A stretch of 64,000 nt of DNA from assembly GCA_963667035.1 (NCBI GenBank), contig OY762964.1:1024001-1088000 (forward strand). Direction: 5' to 3'. Below, piece by piece: positions 19,351 through 29,203 of this stretch (position 1 is its first letter; every line of letters starts with the position of its first letter). The position numbers were made by a program, and so were the translations under genes. This DNA is from Candidatus Cloacimonadales bacterium. Its GTDB lineage: Bacteria; Cloacimonadota; Cloacimonadia; Cloacimonadales; JAFGVF01. Below the pieces are notes generated by a model that was not told the origin of the DNA, made no database searches, and was given only the letters and a program-made list of their open reading frames with translations.

Positions 19351-20743
19351 GGTGGCGAGTGACCCTTAAAAGTATCCACCCTAGGGAGGTCAAAGTTTTA
19401 CCAAGAAAAATACTACGTAAACTACATGATATAATATCATCAATAGAGACCGGTGTCTTTATGGGTTATATACTTGATAAAAATGCAGTTAATCAGTTAA
19501 AGGAATATTTTAATGAATTGGATTATTTCTAGAGAAATGCAGAGTAAATGTTTCATCCACGCAATGAGCGTAGCGAATGGAGGGGATGAAACATTCGCCT
19601 TGAATACTTGGATTATATATATCCTACAAAAAAAGAGTGCCAGCAATCTAAGAATTAGATATACTGACACTTATGTCATACTTAGAGATGAGATTACTCA
19701 GTAAAGAATTTAAGTCAAGAACTCTTTTACGGTATCAGATGTATACTCTTTCAATGCAGCATGGCATATCTGAAACAGCTAGGATGTTAGGCACAACCAG
19801 AAAGACTGTTCGTCTCTGGAGAAATAGGTATCTTGAGCTTGGAGAGGCAGGTCTCGAGAATAAGTCCAGGGTTGGTCAGGAACATCCTCTGAAGATGCCA
19901 AAAGATATTGAAGATGCTATCATCAAAGAACGTAAAGATCGTGGCAATCCCGGAGCTCGCACTATAGTAAATAATCTGAAATTGCATTACTCAGCAAAGA
20001 CCGTTCATAAGGTATTAAAGAGACATAAGCTTGTTTTGAAAAGAAAAACAAGATACAAGAAAAAGAAAGATATGTCAGCTGTAAGAGCACACTATAAGCC
20101 TATGCAGAAACTTCAGCTTGATGTTAAATACCTAAATGATATTGCTAAACAGAGTAGAGCATATGAGTCCGGCGCAATACCTATGTTTCAGATTACTGCC
20201 AGAGATTACAAGACAGGAATGGTATTTCTAGGCTTTACAAACTATAAAGATGATCTCTCAACTGCCATTTTTGCTGATTACGTAATTGAATACCTAAAAG
20301 GGTTACATTGCTCTCCTAATGATATTACTTTCCAAACAGATAACGGTACTGAATTTATTGAACCTCTTCATAGTAGAGTCACAATCTTTGAAGAAATCTT
20401 AAACAAGCATGGAGTAACTCATGTTCGTATACCTCCAAAATCTCCAACATTCAACAGTGATGTAGAAAGCTTTCACAACACCATAGAACAAGAATTATAT
20501 GATTATGAAGAGTTTAGAGATATTATATCTTTCATTAGTAAAGTCTTCATATATCAGACTTACTACAACCATATTCGTAAAATCAGGACTAGAGGTAACA
20601 AGGCCCCCGTTGAGTTAGTCGCAGAATATGGACTTAAGGCTAAAACTGCTGATTTATGCTTTATCCCCATATTCTGCGACTCTTTTAGAAAGAATTTTCT
20701 TGCTAATTACAAAACTGGATACTTTAAAGGGTTACCTCCCACC
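19351..20743 (+). mobile_element. Insertion sequence (IS481-like DDE), 1393 bp, 28-bp imperfect terminal IRs, 11-bp target-site duplication
   Basis: Left IR GGTGGCGAGTGACCCTTAAAAGTATCCA (19351-19378) versus right IR reverse complement GGTGGGAGGTAACCCTTTAAAGTATCCA (20716-20743), 23/28 identical. TGCAGGATGCC lies directly outside both ends (19340-19350 and 20744-20754). Confidence 0.88.
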
Positions 20744-20770
20744 TGCAGGATGCCGGCGTACCAATCGTAG
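19673..20770 (+). CDS. Transposase (HTH plus rve integrase core, IS481-like)
   Basis: HTH ISETARMLGTTRKTVRLWRNRY; DDE triad LQLDVKY / QTDNGTEF / VESFHNT. Confidence 0.9.
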   Translation: MSYLEMRLLSKEFKSRTLLRYQMYTLSMQHGISETARMLGTTRKTVRLWRNRYLELGEAGLENKSRVGQEHPLKMPKDIEDAIIKERKDRGNPGARTIVNNLKLHYSAKTVHKVLKRHKLVLKRKTRYKKKKDMSAVRAHYKPMQKLQLDVKYLNDIAKQSRAYESGAIPMFQITARDYKTGMVFLGFTNYKDDLSTAIFADYVIEYLKGLHCSPNDITFQTDNGTEFIEPLHSRVTIFEEILNKHGVTHVRIPPKSPTFNSDVESFHNTIEQELYDYEEFRDIISFISKVFIYQTYYNHIRKIRTRGNKAPVELVAEYGLKAKTADLCFIPIFCDSFRKNFLANYKTGYFKGLPPTCRMPAYQS

Positions 20771-21135
20771 TGCATCTATACCTCTAAAATCTTGCTATTT
20801 TCCTATTATCACCCACTATTATCATCTTTCTACCATCCTTTAGGGCGACTTCTAAAGACATTGGAACCGGATTGGTCCCACCAAGGAGCCTCCTTGGACC
20901 CTCCTTGGCGAAGGCCAAAGTTGTCCACATCGTGTGGATAACTTTCACCATAGAGTTTCTTTGGTTTTTAATAGTATTGCAGAAGGGGTGTAACAGGTTC
21001 ATGACATGTTCATTAAATTGGTGAGTCATAACTATATTAAAAAATTTTATAATACCTAACTCTTCTCAGTATTAGTTAACATTGAGATTAATACTTGCTC
21101 GAGGCTATATAAAAGGTTAGCCTTTAGGTGGAGGA

Positions 21136-23265
21136 ATGATTATGAAATTAATATATATATTTGCTATAATACTTACACTGATGAGCAGTCTGTCGGCAGT
21201 TTGGGAGAAAACCAACGGTCCGACAGGAGGATATGTAAATAGAATTTATGAATGGAACGGAGATCTCTATGTGGCGACAGGGGGCTCTTTAGGCGAGAAC
21301 GGTAGTGTTTACAAATCGAGTGATAATGGAGACACTTGGAATCTTTGTAGCAGCAATTTCAATCTAAACTTTGGTGTATTCGATTTAGCCGGTAACAGCA
21401 CTTATCTTTTTGCTGGAACTAAGGGTTTAGGATTATATAGAACAGATAATCCGGACAATGGTTGGACTAATATAGATAGCATTGATGGGTTAGGGCAAAT
21501 CAATATTACTAGTCTTTTTGCTGAGGATAATATTTTAGTGATCGGAACATTATCTGACGGAGTCTTTGTTTCCTATGATGACGGAGAGAACTGGCAATCA
21601 CTAAATTATAATCTATCAGGAAACTCACAAAGGATAAATGATATAATAAGGGTTAATGATTATTTAGTAATCGGAACTCCCAGTGGGGCTTACAAACTCG
21701 ATGATGAGAACTGGAGTTTGCTTGATAATCAACTACAGAATTACGTATACGAAATGGATTATGACGGGGAATATGTGTTTGTTTCCGGTGTAAATGCTTC
21801 GTACAGATTCAATCCGGATACCTTGGAATTAGTAGCATTACCTTTTACTAACAGTAAGTGGTTCAAGCACTACGATAGCACAGTTTATACTTCGGAGAAT
21901 CAAACCATATATACTTCACAAGACTCAGGGGTAAACTGGAATTCGATAGAACTTGTAGATTTCAATACAAATCTTAGGATAAACGACTTTGTTATTAGTG
22001 ACGATGCATGGTTAATTGCCAATGAAGTTTTTTCAGTATTCAAATCAAATGATCAGGGACAGACATGGTCAAGAAGCTCTAAAGGTATATCTAACATTAC
22101 TGTTAACGATATGACCGAATATCAAGATAATCTTTATGCTACTTCCGAGTTTGCAGATTTCGGACTTGTTTACTCTACGGATAATCAGGGAGATGATTGG
22201 GATATTGTTGAAGGAGGTTTGGATATTTTCGGATATGATTTCATATTCAGTAATAATCAGATAATGCTAGTTTCTTCTTTCGGGTTCGGACTATACCGTT
22301 CTGAGGATGGTGTGAACTGGCAACATTTGAATCAAAATGATTATCCTCCTTCTTATTCAGGTCAGATAATTGAGCATGAAGGTTCAATTTATACAGGAGC
22401 AAAAGGATTCTTGATTGACGTATACAAAAGTACTGATTCGGGGAATTCATTTCAAGCTCTTTCAGTTCCGGGAGAGGGAGACATTATTGCACTCCTATCA
22501 ATGGGAGATATGATTGTTTACGGGAGAACCGATAATGTTTACTATTCGAATGATGAAGGTGAGAATTGGAATGTTTTGGGAAACGGATTTCAGAGTTTAC
22601 CTTTTATTACTCAGTTAGTTGATTATCTTGGAACAGTCTTTACAATAGCTAACAGACAAATCTATTACTTGGATAACAATAATGATTGGATTCATTTTGA
22701 GATGCCGGATAATGCTCAAGTCGCTTCTTTGAAAACAATTGATAATACTTTGTTAATCGGTACTTATAATAATGGATTGTACACTTATAATCAGCAAGAT
22801 AGCTTTAGTTTGATGAATGAGGGTCTTCCTGTAGGAGATAATGGTTTGTCTCCTAAGATAATGTGTATTAAAACTTATGATGATAATGTGTACTTAAGTG
22901 TAGAAATGTATGGAATTTATAAAGAACAACTTAGTGTAGTATCTTCAATAGATAAAACTATACCCTTAACTTCAAATAAGTTATCAGTATATCCTAATCC
23001 GATAACTGGTACTACAGAGAAGGTTAATCTCAGGATAGAAGATGAATCTCTTACTAAAAGTATTAACAAAACTGATGTATCTGTATACAATTTAAAGGGA
23101 CAAAGAATCAGAGTTTTACATAAAGGGTTTTCAAATGTTTCTGATAAGGATATCCAATGGGATGGAAAAGATGATAATTCAATGTCTGTTTCGTCCGGAG
23201 TCTATTTCTTCAAGGTAGAATCAGGAAATGAAACTAATACTGCTAAAGTTGTTATCATAAGGTAA
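21136..23265 (+). CDS. Secreted BNR/beta-propeller protein with a C-terminal T9SS-type/FlgD-Ig sorting domain
   Basis: Signal peptide; repeated SxDxGxxW Asp-box motifs; C-terminal VYPNP...VYNLKGQRIR...WDGKD...SSGVYF. Confidence 0.85.
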   Translation: MIMKLIYIFAIILTLMSSLSAVWEKTNGPTGGYVNRIYEWNGDLYVATGGSLGENGSVYKSSDNGDTWNLCSSNFNLNFGVFDLAGNSTYLFAGTKGLGLYRTDNPDNGWTNIDSIDGLGQINITSLFAEDNILVIGTLSDGVFVSYDDGENWQSLNYNLSGNSQRINDIIRVNDYLVIGTPSGAYKLDDENWSLLDNQLQNYVYEMDYDGEYVFVSGVNASYRFNPDTLELVALPFTNSKWFKHYDSTVYTSENQTIYTSQDSGVNWNSIELVDFNTNLRINDFVISDDAWLIANEVFSVFKSNDQGQTWSRSSKGISNITVNDMTEYQDNLYATSEFADFGLVYSTDNQGDDWDIVEGGLDIFGYDFIFSNNQIMLVSSFGFGLYRSEDGVNWQHLNQNDYPPSYSGQIIEHEGSIYTGAKGFLIDVYKSTDSGNSFQALSVPGEGDIIALLSMGDMIVYGRTDNVYYSNDEGENWNVLGNGFQSLPFITQLVDYLGTVFTIANRQIYYLDNNNDWIHFEMPDNAQVASLKTIDNTLLIGTYNNGLYTYNQQDSFSLMNEGLPVGDNGLSPKIMCIKTYDDNVYLSVEMYGIYKEQLSVVSSIDKTIPLTSNKLSVYPNPITGTTEKVNLRIEDESLTKSINKTDVSVYNLKGQRIRVLHKGFSNVSDKDIQWDGKDDNSMSVSSGVYFFKVESGNETNTAKVVIIR

Positions 23266-23479
23266 TTTTATCGAGATTATATGAGAAATACATATAAATA
23301 AGTATTACTATATATATGTGCTTTTCTGTGATTATGTCATTGAAATACACAAAGTTATTGCTTCAATTTCTAAAGATTCTAAACTTCTTGACACTGTGAA
23401 TACAGGGCAAACATTTGCGTCGAAATAATGTAAGATAGTAAATCTATTGATCGTGGAAACATGACCTAATTGGAGCAAT

Positions 23480-24922
23480 ATGAATCCGTTCCTGTTTTCA
23501 ATACCGGAAACAAGTGACAATCTGCAATCCGATATACAAACTTTTATGTTTAATGGCTATAGACCATTAGCATATTATATGGATGCAGATAAGAAAATTA
23601 CTTGTTTATTTGGGAATGATAATACTCATAAAGTTGAACTTTTAAGGTTCAATCTTCTCGAAGGTAATAGATACCCGTGTTTAACCAATAGCTTTAAGCA
23701 ATTTCACATGTTTGAAAGAGAACTATGGGAAGAAACAGGTATTCTGCCGGAATCTCATCCCTGGTTAAAGCCTCTTCGCTATCCCAATGAAATATCAAGA
23801 CATAGTATAAAAGATCATCCCTTCTTAAAAGCTACTTCCGAATCTATGCATGAAGTAGCGGTAGGACCGGTTCATGCAGGAGTTATAGAACCTGGACATT
23901 TCCGTTTCCTATGCGAAGGAGAAGATGTTCATCATCTTGAGATTCAACTAGGCTATCAACATAGAGGAATCAGGGCATTACTGGAAAAAGGCGATGTCAG
24001 AAATAAGATTCATCTGGCGGAAGCAATTGCCGGAGATACAGCTATAGGACATGGTCTTGCTTATTGTAGAGCAATAGAAAAATTATGCGAAGTAAATGTA
24101 CCTGATAATGTTCAAACGGTCAGAGCTATTGCCCTTGAAATGGAACGTACCGCAATGCATTTAGCCGACCTTTCTGCTTTAGCAGGAGATATTGGTTATT
24201 TAATAGGACTTAACTATTTTGCCGCTGTAAGAACAAAAGTAATAAATCTATCTCTTCATATTTGTGGTAGTAGATTTGGAAAGCGTTGGTTATGCCCCGG
24301 TGGAATCAATTACGGTATTAGTCATGAGCAAAACGAATACATGATGAAGCTTTTGACAACTATAAGAGAAGATATAAGGGTTATGGGAACCGCAATGTTC
24401 AACGATGCTAGCGTACTTTCTCGTTTTGACGGAACAGGTCATGTTGATGCAAAATCAATTGAAGATTTAAATTTCAGTGGTATGGTAGCAAGAAGTGGGG
24501 GAGTGTTACGCGATTCCAGAAGGACTTATCCGTTTTTTCCTTATGCCCAATTTGAAGAATCGATAATATTACCTCAGGGAGATGTTTTTGCTAGAGCATT
24601 TCTGAGATACAAAGAGAGCATACAATCAATAGACTTTTGTCTTAAATTGCTCTCAAATTTACCTGAGACTCCGTCTTATCAAGCTCCTTTATCAAGACCA
24701 AAAGCTAATGTGATTGTTGCTTCTATCGTGGAAGGTTGGAGAGGTGAAATAATCCATATTATCAGAACCGATGAAGATAGTAATACTATGTCATATAGAA
24801 TTTATGATCCATCATTTCATAATTGGATGGCTTTGGCACTGGCTGTGCGAGATAACGGTATCTCTGATTTCCCTGTATGCAATAAGAGCTTTAATCTTTC
24901 TTATTGTGGTAATGACTTATGA
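23480..24922 (+). CDS. Ehr/hydrogenase-4-like large subunit (HycE/HyfG-like, NiFe motifs absent)
   Basis: FERELWE, VGPVHAGVIEPGHFRF, LGYQHRG, VEGWRGE, DPSFHNW, DFPVCNKSFNLSYCGNDL; no RxCGxC or DPCxxC. Confidence 0.9.
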   Translation: MNPFLFSIPETSDNLQSDIQTFMFNGYRPLAYYMDADKKITCLFGNDNTHKVELLRFNLLEGNRYPCLTNSFKQFHMFERELWEETGILPESHPWLKPLRYPNEISRHSIKDHPFLKATSESMHEVAVGPVHAGVIEPGHFRFLCEGEDVHHLEIQLGYQHRGIRALLEKGDVRNKIHLAEAIAGDTAIGHGLAYCRAIEKLCEVNVPDNVQTVRAIALEMERTAMHLADLSALAGDIGYLIGLNYFAAVRTKVINLSLHICGSRFGKRWLCPGGINYGISHEQNEYMMKLLTTIREDIRVMGTAMFNDASVLSRFDGTGHVDAKSIEDLNFSGMVARSGGVLRDSRRTYPFFPYAQFEESIILPQGDVFARAFLRYKESIQSIDFCLKLLSNLPETPSYQAPLSRPKANVIVASIVEGWRGEIIHIIRTDEDSNTMSYRIYDPSFHNWMALALAVRDNGISDFPVCNKSFNLSYCGNDL

Positions 24923-24938
24923 TAAGGGAGAGGTAATA

Positions 24939-25721
24939 ATGAAACTAAGACCTGTAACCGGTTTGTCCTTGATTGATTTGTTAAAAGCTAGATTACGTCA
25001 TGGTGACCAGGCTATTCCGGATCCACGAAAAGCAGTAACCGATAAAGCTTTTCCGGGTTTTCCTACATTTGATAAATCAGATAAGGATATTTGGAACAAT
25101 GCAATAGAAAACTGTCCTACCGGAGCAATTGGAGAGGATGGTCTTGATCTTGGACGTTGCGTATTCTGTGGAGAGTGTCAAAGAAAGTTTCCGGATACAT
25201 TTGTATTCACAAATTCGGTGAAGATGGGAGCTTCCGATAGAAAAACTCTCGTGTTAACAGGTAGTCAATCTCCTGAAGAATATGCAGAGAAGTCAATTGC
25301 TTCTTCTACTGATATTAGAAAGTTGTATGGTAGGTCATTCAAATTACGCTCTGTTTCTGCCGGTGGCTGTGGAGCTTGTGAACTTGAACTTAATGCCTCT
25401 ACAAATGTAAACTTTGATATTAACAGATACGGAATAGATATAGTGGCATCTCCAAGACATGCAGATGCTTTAGTGATTACCGGACCTATAACTAAGAACA
25501 TGGCTCATGCTTTAGAAGAAACGTGGAATGCAATCCCTGCTCCTAAAATCCTTATCCTGGCAGGAGCATGTGCTATTAGTGGTGGTTTGTTCTCTGATTC
25601 AAACACTTTAAATCGCTCTTTCTTAGACAAATTTGAATCTATATTATATCTTCCCGGATGTCCCGTTCATCCTTTAACAATTGTACATGGAATAACTTCA
25701 TTACTGGGGAGGAATAAATGA
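24939..25721 (+). CDS. Ehr small subunit: ferredoxin-like domain fused to a NuoB/HyfI-like domain
   Basis: CPTGAI...CVFCGEC; GGCGACE, SPRHAD, GACAISGG, PGCP. ATG at 24939 follows GGAGAGG. Confidence 0.88.
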   Translation: MKLRPVTGLSLIDLLKARLRHGDQAIPDPRKAVTDKAFPGFPTFDKSDKDIWNNAIENCPTGAIGEDGLDLGRCVFCGECQRKFPDTFVFTNSVKMGASDRKTLVLTGSQSPEEYAEKSIASSTDIRKLYGRSFKLRSVSAGGCGACELELNASTNVNFDINRYGIDIVASPRHADALVITGPITKNMAHALEETWNAIPAPKILILAGACAISGGLFSDSNTLNRSFLDKFESILYLPGCPVHPLTIVHGITSLLGRNK

Positions 25722-27652
25722 CTCCACAAATTTTGTTTGCAATAGCTATGTCACTAATGGTTGCTTCCCTACCTGCATCAATGCTTGGTTGGCGTAAACT
25801 ATTTACTGCTTTATCAGTAATTGGAGTGGGAATTATTGGGGCAATAGCTTTCATTTGGCATCCCATAGATATGGACGTTATATCCTTAGCATCATTTAAT
25901 CTTGGTACATTCCATGTGGAACTTGGACTTACTTGGCTTTCATCACTTTTTGCAATTATTTTATCGATAGGCTGTTTGTTGGGATTAGTGCATGGATATT
26001 TTTACTTAGATAATAGTACCAAAGGTATACGTTCTCATGGCTTCTTTTTGGCTTTGTTAGTAATAAGCTTGCAGCTTACGGTTCTTGCTAGAGATGCTTT
26101 GATGCTATTCTTTGCTTGGGAGTTAATGGGATTCTCATCTTTCTTTTCGATACTGGTAGAGCGTGATAAAGCAACATGGAAAGCTGCTAAATACTATCTT
26201 ATATTCATGCAAACGGGAGCTGCAGTATTGCTTACCGGAATTGCAATGGCTTTTCATCATACAGGAAGTCTCAGTTTTGATAAATGGATTAATCTACCTA
26301 CTTTGAATGCCATAATTCTTATAGTAGGATTTGCTTTTAAAGCCGGATTCTTTCCATTCCATCCATGGCTTCCCGTTGCACATCCAATGGCTCCGGGTCA
26401 CGTTTCTGGAATGATGTCAGGGTTACTAACAAAGACAGGAATCTATGGAATACTATTGATATTGATGTCCTTTACTCCTTCTCTTTTGACACTTTACATT
26501 TTTGGAGCGGTTGCTCTTATTACAGCTCTTACAGGAGTTTTTCACGCTTTAGCAGAAACAGATATAAAGCGGATACTTGCTTGGTCCAGTATTGAAAATA
26601 TTGGCATAATAGGACTAGGAATTGTATTTGCTTGGTTCGGAAGAATACTAAACATTCCTTCTATTGCTTTACTCGGTATATTGGGAGCTCTATTGCATTG
26701 TGTTAATCATTCACTCTTTAAACCTATGCTATTCTACTTATCCGGCAATATTCAGCATCAAGTTCATGATAGGGAAATTAATCATTTGGGTGGTTTGCAG
26801 AAATTGATGCCTGTTACCGGAGTTCTCTTCTTTGTAGGATCAATTGCAATTGCAGGACTACCTTTAATGAATGGATTCATCTCTGAGTTTCTTGTTTTTC
26901 TGAGTATTCTCAAAGGATTTAGAGTTCACGATATAGGTTTCAACATTGCTGCTATAATTGGTTTGTCAGGACTTGCTTATGTCGCATCAATAGCTTTGTT
27001 TGCTTTTGCCAGAATGTATGGCTTGACCTTTCTGGGTGTTCCTAGGTCTCAAAAGGCTACAAATGCGAAGGAAACTAAGTACGAACTATGGATTGTTCCG
27101 ATAGTTCTATCGACTCTTTGTTTATTCGGTGGCTTGGCAGGAGATTTAATGCTTTCATGGATTTATGGATTCCTTCCAAAATCATTGCAAACATCTAATG
27201 GGGATTTTGTTGCCATAATAGAAAGATTTCAGTCATTCAGAATAGTTATTGTTATCGCTGTTGTTCTATTCATTGCTCTATATGCTTGGAGACGCTTGAA
27301 AGTGAAAGCAATAAAAGCCGATACTTGGGGGTGTGGATATGAGAAGCCATCTTCAAGAATGCAATATACTGCCACATCTTTTGTTCAACCTGTAGAGCCG
27401 ATACTGAATGTGTTCACCGGAAAAAAGAGGGATTTAGAATTTGATAATGAGCATTTCCCCACCAAGTTGTCATTAACTAGAGAAGTTAGTGATAGAGTTC
27501 AAAATACTCTTATAAAACCTCTAGTTCGGATTATAAATCGTTTCCTTGATCTCTTTGCCGGAGTTCAAAGTGGTAAAACACAAGTCTATATAACTTATGG
27601 CTTGGTCTTTTTATTAGTTGTACTAATTTGGGTAATTGTAGGTGAATCATGA
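25718..27652 (+). CDS. HyfB-like proton-translocating antiporter-type membrane subunit
   Basis: FAWELMG, KAGFFPFHPWLPVAHP, KRILAWSSIEN, NHSLFK, TWGCGY...RMQYT. Confidence 0.9.
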   Translation: MTPQILFAIAMSLMVASLPASMLGWRKLFTALSVIGVGIIGAIAFIWHPIDMDVISLASFNLGTFHVELGLTWLSSLFAIILSIGCLLGLVHGYFYLDNSTKGIRSHGFFLALLVISLQLTVLARDALMLFFAWELMGFSSFFSILVERDKATWKAAKYYLIFMQTGAAVLLTGIAMAFHHTGSLSFDKWINLPTLNAIILIVGFAFKAGFFPFHPWLPVAHPMAPGHVSGMMSGLLTKTGIYGILLILMSFTPSLLTLYIFGAVALITALTGVFHALAETDIKRILAWSSIENIGIIGLGIVFAWFGRILNIPSIALLGILGALLHCVNHSLFKPMLFYLSGNIQHQVHDREINHLGGLQKLMPVTGVLFFVGSIAIAGLPLMNGFISEFLVFLSILKGFRVHDIGFNIAAIIGLSGLAYVASIALFAFARMYGLTFLGVPRSQKATNAKETKYELWIVPIVLSTLCLFGGLAGDLMLSWIYGFLPKSLQTSNGDFVAIIERFQSFRIVIVIAVVLFIALYAWRRLKVKAIKADTWGCGYEKPSSRMQYTATSFVQPVEPILNVFTGKKRDLEFDNEHFPTKLSLTREVSDRVQNTLIKPLVRIINRFLDLFAGVQSGKTQVYITYGLVFLLVVLIWVIVGES

Positions 27653-28566
27653 TAATAAACATACTTTTTATTGTTTTCATACCATTCCTTTTTGTGGGAA
27701 TTGTTAACAAAACCAAAGCTTTTTGGGCCGGACGACGTGGTGCTCCCGTGTGGCAACCTTATGTTGATTTCATTCGTCTTATTAAAAAAAATGAAGTTAT
27801 AAGTCATACATCCGGATTTATATTCAATATATCAGGAGCCATCTCTTGTTCAACTGTCTTCACTGCCGCTTTGTTAATACCTTTCGGACAATATCATGCT
27901 GTGATAAGCTTTGAAGGTGATTTCGTTCTCTTTCTTTATTTAATGGGATTTGCAAAATTCATATCGGTGTTAGCAGCATTAGATACAGGTTCTGCTTTTG
28001 AAGGTATGGGAGCAAGTCGTGAGATGTCCTTTACTACTTTCCTTGAGCCTGCATTTTTCCTTATAGTCGCTTCCCTGATTTATGTTTCTGGTGCCGGAAC
28101 TCTAAGTGACTTGATATCTATGCATACGCTGAAACTCTCCAGTCAATGGTCATTGATGATAACAGCTTTGACAATACTAGCTTTGTTCATAATGATGTTA
28201 GTTGAAGGATCTCGTATTCCTTTTGACGACCCAACTACTCATTTAGAGTTAACTATGGTTCATGAAGTGATGGTTTTAGACCATTCAGGTCCAAATTTCG
28301 GTTTCATACAATATGCTGCGGCATTGAAAATGACAATTTTCGCTTCTCTTATCTCCTATTTCATTATACCTTGGGGATTGAACACTATAACTGTTACCGT
28401 TAGCTATCTAGGGTTTATGATTGCTCAAGCTCTTCTTCTTGGTAGTGTTGAATCTTTCATACCACGAGTGCGTATGACTCGTAATCCGGAACTGGTATTT
28501 GTACCACTAGCTTTAGCATTGTTAGCTCTTACTGCTCTTATAGTACTGGGTCATGGAGGTTTATAA
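27649..28566 (+). CDS. HyfC/NuoH-like membrane subunit
   Basis: GRRGAPVWQPY, ALDTGSAFEGMGASRE, RIPFDDPTTHLELTMVHEVM. Confidence 0.9.
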   Translation: MIINILFIVFIPFLFVGIVNKTKAFWAGRRGAPVWQPYVDFIRLIKKNEVISHTSGFIFNISGAISCSTVFTAALLIPFGQYHAVISFEGDFVLFLYLMGFAKFISVLAALDTGSAFEGMGASREMSFTTFLEPAFFLIVASLIYVSGAGTLSDLISMHTLKLSSQWSLMITALTILALFIMMLVEGSRIPFDDPTTHLELTMVHEVMVLDHSGPNFGFIQYAAALKMTIFASLISYFIIPWGLNTITVTVSYLGFMIAQALLLGSVESFIPRVRMTRNPELVFVPLALALLALTALIVLGHGGL

Positions 28567-29201
28567 TGACTGATATATTGGCAATACTATTCGGAGTGAG
28601 TCTTTTGATCGCTTCCACGACTAATATGCTTGGGAAAATGATTCGAATATTAGCTGTGCAGGGTGTTATACTTTTTTTGATCACAATTACCAATATAACA
28701 GAGTTTAACTGGGTACAACTGGTTTTTGTCGCTCTTGAAACATTGGTTTTTAAGGCAATCATAATACCTTATCTCCTCGCTGACATGATAAAAAGAAACA
28801 ATATTGTTCGTGAAGTTGAACCTAAAGTTTCAAACTTCTTCTCGCTTTTTACTATGACGGTTATCTTTGCATTCGGTTTTCTTATGGGACATTGGGCAGG
28901 CAAGAATTCACCTAATGTGCACCCTCTTATCTTTGGGATTGCTTTTTCAGCAATTTTAAAAGGTCTCTTCATTATAATTACGAACAAGAAGTTGATTACT
29001 CATTTAATGGGCTATCTTGTGTTAGAGAACGGAATCTTTTTATTGTCTCTTGCAGCTTCTAGAGAAATGCCTTACATAGTAAGCTTAGGAGTTTCATTGG
29101 ATATTCTGCTATCAATTCTGGTTGCAGGCTTGTTTATTAACAAAATCAAATCAACATTTAATGAAGAAGATATCGACACTCTGTCGGATCTAAAGGACTA
29201 A
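28566..29201 (+). CDS. HyfE-like membrane subunit
   Basis: Hydrophobic; FKAIIIP, GYLVLENGIF, LGVSLD; C-terminal LSDLKD; position in the operon. Confidence 0.85.
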   Translation: MTDILAILFGVSLLIASTTNMLGKMIRILAVQGVILFLITITNITEFNWVQLVFVALETLVFKAIIIPYLLADMIKRNNIVREVEPKVSNFFSLFTMTVIFAFGFLMGHWAGKNSPNVHPLIFGIAFSAILKGLFIIITNKKLITHLMGYLVLENGIFLLSLAASREMPYIVSLGVSLDILLSILVAGLFINKIKSTFNEEDIDTLSDLKD

Positions 29202-29203
29202 CA

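Noticed and set aside
20900..21100. oriC
   Set aside because: There are only two DnaA-like boxes and no dnaA, dnaN, gidA or rpmH context. GC skew cannot be assessed from this window.
23480..24922. Calling the operon a true [NiFe] hydrogenase or formate hydrogenlyase
   Set aside because: Both Ni-binding CxxC motifs are missing and no maturation genes are adjacent.
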